The notes below the pieces were generated by a model. It searched no databases. It worked only from the letters and a program-made list of their open reading frames with translations, and was not told where the DNA came from. Source: Octopus sinensis (lineage: Eukaryota). Taken from it: 40,655 nt of DNA. The DNA is taken from positions 1 to 40,655 of the forward strand of contig NW_021835363.1 of the NCBI RefSeq assembly GCF_006345805.1, read 5' to 3'. Positions 32,331-40,655 of the stretch are shown here, piece by piece (position 1 is the first letter of the stretch; every line of letters begins with the position of its first letter). The translations under genes were made by a program, and so were the position numbers.

Positions 32331-32569
32331 GGATAATATATCTTACTGACAACTACGCTATTTGAGAAATTCTTCTTTTCGAATCTGACTCCCAGGTGGT
32401 GTTATCCGTGGGATGGACGCATAAGTATGAATATGAGTATGCAGTATATACACGTTAAAGGTAACTAGATTGCTACTTTTGGCGAAAGGTAGTCGACAGA
32501 TGAGCTACCTCTGTGACCGAGAGTGTGTGATGTCGAGGTTAAACAGACTGCTATGATTGGGGTTATTGG

Positions 32570-32572
<3 letters not shown>

Positions 32573-32641
<69 letters not shown>

Positions 32642-32970
32642 AATTATTGTATACAGTGCTCAGGTGCACCACAACTTGTCAAAAGTGCGTATAAAGAATA
32701 TGCAGTAATGTACAAATGTCTGGAAAGCGACCAGTGTATGAGTCAGATACATGCTTGCGTGTGTATGGAGGGGAGAAAATCAGGTGTAGTGTTGGCGAAT
32801 CTCAAGAAGCATGGAAGTTTTGAAGGATGCAGTGCTCCGACAATTGTCAACTGATGCCGGCAGTTTGTTCCATGCTTCAGCGACTCTCAGTGTGAAAAAA
32901 TGGTTCTGAAAGTCATGGGAGCTATGCTGTTTTCTGACTTTGTAAATATGTCCACGGGTGTTAGACGGGT
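32573..32970 (-). mobile_element. CR1/L2-group LINE 3' end with (ATT)n tail
   Basis: Minus strand reads SNTRGHIYKVRKQHSSHDFQNHFFTLRVAEAWNKLPASVDNCRSTASFKTSM..* (stop 32780), the TRGH..K..FF..RV...WN.LP motif. Confidence 0.85.
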
Positions 32971-33694
32971 GGATATAGAGAACATCCTTTCATCATGTAT
33001 TTTTTGGCTCTTACAAGCACCATGCTGGAGATAGTAATAAAAAATATCGCATGAGCACGTGGTCCTACATATTTATTGTGATAAGGGTAGGCACAAGTGT
33101 CGTGGAATACGGTTGGGTTGGTGAGTTAGCTGTGTTGAATTTGTAATTCTTTTGAATATTTTGTGGTAAAACGGTTTCGATTAATGTGAGAAATTACCTA
33201 GTTACATATGTAACTAATTCAAATTGTCTAGTTACATATACATGTTCCTACGTCTACATCTTTTGAATGCTGTCCGTTCAAAGGAATATTTTCCCTGGAA
33301 TCAAACTGCATTAGTGCATCATCTTAAAGCGGGGCCACTCTACTATAACGATTTCATCTGTAGACTAGCAAGAACTAACCCTTCTATGATGATTTCACCA
33401 TAATTGATAACGGATGGTTTGAGCTAATTTTATATAAAATTCTTACTTAAATTTGTAGAACTGGTGGTATTAACCTGCATTAAAATTCATGGTGATCTCC
33501 AGACAGTGGACTATTTTAAGACTGATGTTAACAGTGACTTTTAGATTATACTGCTTAAATATTTTAGCGAAATTCTTTCTAATGCCTATGTCATGCCGTT
33601 CTTATTTACGTATTCGTCTTTTGGAAAATTTCTCTATTATTCTATGTCTGTATCCTTTACATCTCTGTTGAGGACGATGCTATTTATTATAAAA

Positions 33695-34061
33695 CTAGCA
33701 CTATGACCCGGCATTGCCGAGTCATAGTGCTAGTGCATGCATATACAGCTGCGTGCGTGCGTGCGCACATACACGCGAGTACTGTCCAAATCTCCGACCA
33801 ATCACATACGGTTAGCTGGCATTCAATTGGCGCATCAGGTCTCGGGCATTTTGATAGAGTTTTAGATAGAAAATTCACCAAAAATCACTTCTATTGATTT
33901 TTTAAGGGCTTTGCGGGGTAGCTGGGGAAATGTAAAGATGTGCACGACCACCCTTGGACGGTTTTAAATGACCATAGAAAGTGCGAGCCCTCTAACTGAA
34001 AAATTGTGGATTTGCATAAAGGACACATACGCAGACATTTCGCCGTTTATATATATAGGGA
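33695..34061 (-). mobile_element. Non-autonomous Helitron-type element (367 bp)
   Basis: Minus strand begins TCCCTATATATATAAACGGC and ends with a GC hairpin followed by CTAG. It is inserted between A and T with no TSD. Confidence 0.8.
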
Positions 34062-34412
34062 TAATCTGTTAAAATGGCGGTTTCATCCGCGTCATATTTC
34101 CCCACGAAAAAAATCAAAGCTTTCATCTCTGCTTTTCTCCTCTAATAAAAAGTATGAGCAGAATAGTAAGAATATTCTAGTATTGATGTATTTATATAAT
34201 GATGGCGATATAACTTGCCAAACAAAAGGGCGTTGATGAGCAGGTCCTTTGGAATTTAAGTGTAACATGAATAAAACTCGATGTGAGGTTGTGTAAATTT
34301 ACAATGACGCTTGGCGTTTATACGCCTGGTACAAAAAAACAAAGATACGATGTGGCGGTGATTCCGACATCATAACCACTTGGTTACATGATTTCACACA
34401 TACTCACACATA

Positions 34413-34430
34413 TCTATTATATAAAATCCG

Positions 34431-34465
<35 letters not shown>

Positions 34466-34960
34466 TTCTAGGATCTCGGGCATCCTACATCCGATTGCAT
34501 TCAAATTTGATATGTAGATACCCATTTCTTTACTACCCACAAGGGGCTAAACACAGAGGGGACAAACAAGGACAGACAAACGGATTAAGTCGATTACATC
34601 GACCCCTGTGCGTAACTGGTACTTAATTTATCGACCCCGAAAGGATGAAAGGCAAAGTCGACCTCGGCGGAATTTGAACTCAGAACGTAACGACAGACGA
34701 AATACCGCTAAGCATTTCACCCAGCGTGCTAACGTTTCTGCTAGAGATACCGACGGTATCAGGGCGTGTATAAGTCTTGAAAAAATTACAAAAATCGATT
34801 CCAGGTGAGAATTCTATTCCTAAAAGCCGTAGGAACGTGCATTTGTACGCGCAAGTACATCAGCTGTTGCGATCGATACTACACGTACGCGAGAAAATGC
34901 ACGTGCAGTTTGCGCCAAAAAAGTCAGCCTGATTGGTGTCTCAAATTTAGGTTAAAACAG
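34413..34960 (+). mobile_element. Probable second Helitron-type element, 5' part, interrupted by SINE B
   Basis: a|TCTATTATATAAAATCCG + (TG)n + ccgattgcattcaaatttgatatg. No clear CTRR end was found. Confidence 0.5.
34523..34744 (-). mobile_element. SINE family B monomer (head slightly truncated)
   Basis: Family B body on the minus strand; agatacc on both flanks. Confidence 0.88.
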
Positions 34961-35388
34961 TGTTTCTCAAAGGGAGGCCTATGGGACGGTCGGAAAAGTT
35001 GTTTTGAGAAAATTTGGTTTAAATTTTTGACAACTCAACAGCGTTCATTGGACGGGGGACATTTTGCTCGTATAAATATATACACGCATACACATATAAA
35101 TATTTCATGATTACACTGGTTTCATGGTGGTATGAATTTTAACCGCGATATTTCCAGACGTTCTAGGAAGAACTGTACTCGAAAAGTACGTGTCTGCAAA
35201 GCGAGCTTGACCACTCAACCGTACCTGCTTGATGTAATTCGCCATAACAAAAAAAAAACAAAACTAACGGTAAAATGCAATGCTATAAAATTCCAAGCAA
35301 TGGGATTGAACCGAAGACTCCATAACTGCGATTCAAACCTCTGAACTGCACTAACATACATGCTATTTCGCAGGTATAGACATATATA

Positions 35389-35619
35389 CTTCTTTACTAC
35401 CCACAAGGGGCTAAACACAGAGGGGACAAACAAGGACAGACAAACGGATTAAGTCGATTACATCGACCCCAGTGCGTAACTGGTATTTAATTTATCGACC
35501 TCGAAAGGATGAAAGGCAAAGTCGACCTCGGCGGAATTTGAACTCGGAACGTAACGATAGACGAAATACGACTACGCATTTCGCCCGGCGTGCTAACGAT
35601 TCTGCTAGCTCGCCGCCCA
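35389..35619 (-). mobile_element. SINE family B monomer with 15-bp TSD
   Basis: gtatagacatatata at 35374-35388 and 35620-35634. Confidence 0.92.
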
Positions 35620-35859
35620 GTATAGACATATATAGGTATATACATATATATACACGCACATACACACACTGCTGAACACATACAGATATATTCCTACATT
35701 CCTACATTGATACACTCACACATATACACACATTTATACGCACACAAGCACATACCATACATACATAGTCTTTATTAGTTACTTCATTACCTCTTAAATA
35801 TCTCTACAAATCCATAAACGTGAATTGTGAAGTAGAACTCTTCGATCTTCCACACACGT

Positions 35860-35905
<46 letters not shown>

Positions 35906-36195
35906 TCACACACATACACACACTAGTTTACACTGTCTTTTCGGCCTCTGTTATTGTTCAGAAGAAACAATAGCCGTGGTCTTGAGAGTGAAGTAATGAT
36001 ATCCTGTATAGAAATATCTCTAATGAGCACTAATTATTTCATTTTCATTAAATTAAATGATAATTAATGATAGAACAATAATTATGGGTCATATTGACTG
36101 CCAGTAACATTCCTACAGCGCAGTAGCTAAATTCGTCGACGGAATCATCATCCGCTTCCATCTTCAACATCCATCAACAAAGTTACTATAAACGA

Positions 36196-36326
36196 TCATG
36201 GCGTAATTTTCACTTCCGCCATCCCAGCAACCCAACCGACATTAATGGCGACATCGCTGCCGACGCCACAATAGCCACCATCATTAATATCACCAACCTT
36301 CCAACTGTGAACATACGTTGATGGAT
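36196..36326 (-). other. Candidate terminal exon (could pair with 37181-37226)
   Basis: Acceptor ttgttttgttataccttgcAG; open frame DPSTYVHSWK...AEVKITP*. The sequence also resembles a decayed GGT/GAT repeat. Confidence 0.25.
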
Positions 36327-36651
36327 CTGCAAGGTATAACAAAACAAACTCTCACAAATCATACTTCGCCGTCTCAAAGATAAGAAGTAATTCAATGATT
36401 AACGTCTTCAGTAAAACTGATTTTGCACATTTCTTTCTTCTCTGTTTTTTCTCTCTATTATTTTTTTGAGAATCAGTCACAACTCCAATCTTTGATTTTA
36501 CTTTTGTTTTTTTTTCTATCTTTTCCTTGCATCATAAAATGAATTGCCTCGTTTTCAGGTTTTGCTTTCCGTTTTTATTTTCGTTTTTTTGGTATCTGGT
36601 TCCTTTTAGCGAATGTTGTCTCAGATACAACCTGCTCCATCAAGCATTAAC

Positions 36652-36955
36652 GTGGAGGCACATGGCCTAGTGGTTAGAGCAGCGAACTCACGGTCGAGGG
36701 ATCGCGGGTTCGAATCTTAGACCGGGCGATGTGTGTGTTAATGAGCGAAAATACCTAAGCTCCACGTAGCTCGGGCAGAAAGTAATGGCGAACTTCTACT
36801 GACTCTTTCGCCACAACTTTCTCTCACTCTGTTCTCCTGCATCTTGCGGCTCAATTGCGATGGACTGGCGTCCCGTCCAGGTGGGGAACCTATACGCCAA
36901 GGAAACCGGGAAACCAGCCCTTATGAGCCAGATGTGGCTCGAGAAGGAACAAACA
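36652..36955 (+). mobile_element. SINE with family C-like head/body and a third tail type
   Basis: TSD atcaagcattaac and atcacgcattaac. Tail gcgatggactggcgtcccgtccagg...gaaaccgggaaacc is shared with 22460-22528. Confidence 0.88.
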
Positions 36956-37235
36956 ATCACGCATTAACAAGATGCGCATAGCATCAGCTTTTCATAATAG
37001 GCGTGCGTGAGTTTTTGACCCAGGGCTAAATAACAATCTTTTGGTTTTGGTGTTGTTGAGTTACAGTGAGCAGTTGGCAGCTTATTTCCCTCTCCGAACA
37101 GAAGTGTCTTTGGTAGAATGCATAAAGAATTTAGGCAGCAGCGAGAGAGCTAATGATGCGTTCCTTTTTGGTATCCTTACCTGGCTGAGCTGCAATAATT
37201 CTCTTAGTCTCACACATCTCGGAGCCCTTGCAGAC

Positions 37236-37271
<36 letters not shown>

Positions 37272-37280
37272 TAGATAGAG

Positions 37281-37470
37281 ATATATATGGTGAGAATTTA
37301 CAAAGAAACAAAACAAGAGACGAAGACGGGTGTGTAAACAACAAACAGATGTATTAGTTTAACGTTCGAGAAGTGAGAAAGTCTCTTACGTTTCGAGCCT
37401 ATGCTCTTCGACAGACAGGAACTCAGAAATGAACAGAGAGAGAAAATAGAAAATAGAAAATAGAAAATAG
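37281..37470 (-). mobile_element. PLE-type pseudo-LTR fragment (family 2) between (TA)n tracts
   Basis: Homologous to 11388-11595. Confidence 0.65.
37381..37419 (-). ncRNA. Hammerhead-like motif with variant core CUGUCGA
   Basis: Minus strand: cctgt-CTGTCGA-A-gagc-atag-gctc-GAAA-cgt-A-agagac. Stem I is partly decayed. Confidence 0.5.
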
Positions 37471-37482
37471 AATATATATATA

Positions 37483-37546
<64 letters not shown>

Positions 37547-37549
<3 letters not shown>

Positions 37550-37660
37550 ATAAGTACTAGGCATACAAAGAATAAGCCCTAGGCTTTTTTTGGTCGACAA
37601 AAAGGCGGTGCTCCAGCATGGCCGCAATCAAATGACTGAAACAAGTAAACGAGTAAAAGA
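37547..37660 (+). mobile_element. SINE family A, 3' tail
   Basis: agaataagtactaggc...ggcggtgctccagcatggccgc...gaaacaagtaaa. Confidence 0.85.
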
Positions 37661-38004
37661 GAGAGATATGTTTGTGTATTTATATATGTATTCATATATA
37701 CATGTAAACGGAGACAAAATAAAACGATAATTATTCATGTAGTGATAAATGGATATTTATATATTAACAATCCAAACTTACGCACACAAACACACATACA
37801 CACACACACAACCTCTCTTTCTCTCTCTCTGCCTCTGTCTCTCACACACACGCACACACACATGAAATATCTCACGGGATCAAGTTCCAAGTGCAGCTGT
37901 TATTCCTACATTTATCTGATTAGTGTTTCACCGCTTCACCGTTCCACGATGATTTATTTGAAGTTCTCTCGAACTTGCTGAATTCTTATAACGGCAACTA
38001 CATA

Positions 38005-38610
38005 TACGAGGTGTAGTCAAAAAATTATCCGACCTTGATTATTTTTTGCACAAAATAATAATACGTGAGCAAAATCCACTTGAGTTTAGGTGGATGCGTC
38101 CTTCCTGAGCATGTGCAAAAATTTCGTGTCTATAGGTTGTGCCATTCGCCCGTAGTAATGAATTGAGTACAGACGGGAAGCGTGTACTGTGCGATTTTTC
38201 TTTTTGAGTCAAGATAATCGAGCGCATTAAGTAAAGATACTGTATTAAATTCTGGCCAAAACTTGGTGATACGCAAACCCGGAAAATCGAGAAAATTCGG
38301 AAGGCTTTTGGAGATGATGCTATGGAAAAGACACAGATAAAGGAGTGGTATAACCAGTTCAAAGATGGCCGCACCTTTGTTGTGGCAGACCATCGACTAC
38401 CAGAAACGACGAAATGATTGCAAAGGTTTGAGGAACAGTCTATAAAGACAACCATGTAACTATTGAGGGGATTGTTGCCGAAGTGGGAATCAGCTAGGAG
38501 TCAGTTCAGCCATTTTACTCCGGCCACGTCGTCTAAGCATTCCTCATCAAGCAAAGCGCACCACTTGTTTGTCAGGCTTTATACTCCCCGGACTTGTCTC
38601 CGAAGCTAAA
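38005..38610 (+). mobile_element. Mariner transposon remnant, internally deleted
   Basis: TA|CGAGG terminus. HTH region RYCIKFW.KLG...KAFGDDAM..TQIKEWYNQFKDGR, then TIEGIVAEVGIS, then a jump to YSPDLSP. No right TIR was found. Confidence 0.8.
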
Positions 38611-38642
38611 GAAGCTCAAAAAATAAGAAATAAAAAATAAGA

Positions 38643-38907
38643 CGGTATTTCGTCTGTCTTTACGTTCTCAGTTCAAATTCCACCGAGGTCGACTTTACCT
38701 TTTATCCTTTCGGGGTCGATAAATTAAGTACCAGTTACGCACTTGGGTCGATGTAGTCGACTTAATCCGTTTGTCTGTCCTTCTTGTCGCCTCTGTGTGT
38801 AGCCCTTGTGGGCAGTAAAGAAGTACTGGGCAGTACTGGAGACGATCGAATCGACTGGCACCCTCTCCCAAAATTTCGGGCCTTGTGCCTAGAATAGAAA
38901 AGAATAT
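38643..38907 (+). mobile_element. SINE family B headless unit carrying tail 1 followed by tail 2
   Basis: Starts ggtatttcgtctg and ends ccttgtgcctagaatagaaaagaata. Confidence 0.85.
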
Positions 38908-39339
38908 TAATGCAACGCAAAGACGTATAATATTACAAACAGCTTGCAGACTGCAAGATTTGTGGCACCAAATCTGTCTGATTTTGAATATGTTCACCCA
39001 TTTAGCAAGACTGAAGTAAAGTTTACCGGATTCGAGTCCTTTGAGACGCAAAGTAGTAATTTTAGCCCTAGTTTCATATGACATTGCTAGTAATTCCTAT
39101 AATATTATTGTACCATGCAATATTTTAAATATCCAGTGACGTTGGAAATGATGAAGTGATATATGATCTTTCATACTTTACTGCACCTAAGATGAATCGT
39201 AATTTTCACGTGCAAATATATACCCGATAATTTAGTTGTTAATCTTCTTATGGTAACGTGGTTTGAAAAGCATTTGATTTCGGTTTAGTATTCATACCTT
39301 TAATGACGTTTGTACGTGTTTCTTTGTGCATTTTTGTGT

Positions 39340-39376
39340 GTATGTATGCACGAATGTATGTATGTATGTATGTATG

Positions 39377-39410
<34 letters not shown>

Positions 39411-39550
39411 TGTATGCATGTATGCATGTGTGTGTATGTATTTATGTATGTATGTACATATGTATCTATGTATGCATGTATGTATGTATGTATGTATGTA
39501 TGTATGTATGTATGTATGTATGTATGTATGTATTATATTTATGTATGTAT
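39340..39550. repeat. (TATG)n microsatellite
   Basis: Direct reading. Confidence 0.95.
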
Positions 39551-39999
39551 GTGTGCGTGTGTGCATGTATTTATACATTTCGCGTTCAGGTTCTTTCTGC
39601 CTTTTGTCTATCAATCATTCAATCAATCGATCATCGATCGATCGACCAATGAATGACTGACTGACTAATGAATCTATCTATCTATCCATCTACCTTATTC
39701 TCTGTCCATTCGTTCACCTCTCCCTGTTTCTTTCCACATGCATATACATATACATACATAAATACATAAATACACACACACAGACACACACGATATATAT
39801 ATATATATATAATATACATATACAAGCATATATGTATCTATATACTATCTACGTGCGTACGTGATACATGCATGCATTCACAAACACACACACCACATAG
39901 TAATATACATACATGCATTCATATATATGTATATATAGATAGTATAAATACACATAAATACAGCATTCATATATATAGATATATATATATATATAATAT

Positions 40000-40060
<61 letters not shown>

Positions 40061-40244
40061 ATATGGTTATAAAATGAGATAGGGGTTGAAAGTTCAACCC
40101 ACCATGGGATAATATATATCCAATATACTGCTAGATAGGTACCAAACAAAATTAATACATAGATGTTAAAAAATTGTCAAACAATCAGTTCATCTATTGC
40201 ATTATATGGGTAAAGGTAATATATTACCGTAAATTAATACTACC

Positions 40245-40450
40245 AAATTAGAGAATGGAGAAAATATACTTAAACAGTAAAAACATCAACTATCCGATGA
40301 TACTCAATCCATACTTTATACACCATTTACTGTATATCTCATTCATTTATGTATTGCCTTTACTCATATGTAATGGTGATTAAAGTAGGATTGAGTATAT
40401 CGGAAGTTGATGTTTACTGATTTAAGTATATTCTACCATTCTCTAATTTT
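40245..40450. repeat. Imperfect fold-back, arms about 85 bp, between (TA)n tracts
   Basis: 40245-40330 matches the reverse complement of 40370-40450 with small indels. Confidence 0.85.
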
Positions 40451-40655
40451 GAGTATATATATACATATATATATATATTGTCGTTACATCATATTACAGA
40501 TCACATGTAAGTAATGGATTGGAATATCAGAGAAAAAAAACGGAGAAATTCTGCATGATTTATGTCCTGGATAGAAGCTGTTTCATGCATCTGTACTGTA
40601 ACATTACAAATTACTACTGGATATTGAAGCAGGTATTCAATCACCAGAAACTACA

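Noticed and set aside
55-40149. Dozens of ORFs rich in YI, CV, HT, MYVC or poly-N/I/L
   Set aside because: They are translations of (TA)n, (CA)n, (TATG)n and (AAT)n microsatellites or SINE read-throughs, with no domain content.

Overview
AT-rich, repeat-dominated eukaryotic genomic DNA. The repeat families, tRNA-derived SINEs and dense (TA)n/(CA)n/(AAT)n/(TATG)n microsatellites point to an octopus (coleoid cephalopod) genome; this is an inference from recalled repeat sequences. I cannot support any intact host protein-coding gene, and most ORFs in the track are microsatellite or SINE read-throughs. The window is best read as intronic or intergenic. It contains about 30 SINE copies from at least four head/body families, several with clear target-site duplications (TSDs). 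LINE remnants include two tandem R4/Dong-like restriction-like-endonuclease (RLE) elements sitting in (TAA)n tracts, plus RTE and CR1/L2 3' ends. There are also Penelope-like element (PLE) remnants, a mariner remnant, hAT and other MITEs, Helitron-type non-autonomous elements and a 30-bp minisatellite of about 56 units. The main finds are: (1) a perfect 170-bp-arm palindrome carrying two opposed minimal type I hammerhead ribozymes with a canonical core; (2) two copies of a second hammerhead-like motif that share a non-canonical CUGUYGA core; (3) repeated fold-back elements beside (TA)n tracts; (4) microsatellite-targeted RLE retrotransposons; (5) dimeric and tail-swapped SINEs and a three-level nested insertion. 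A few candidate exons are listed at low confidence.
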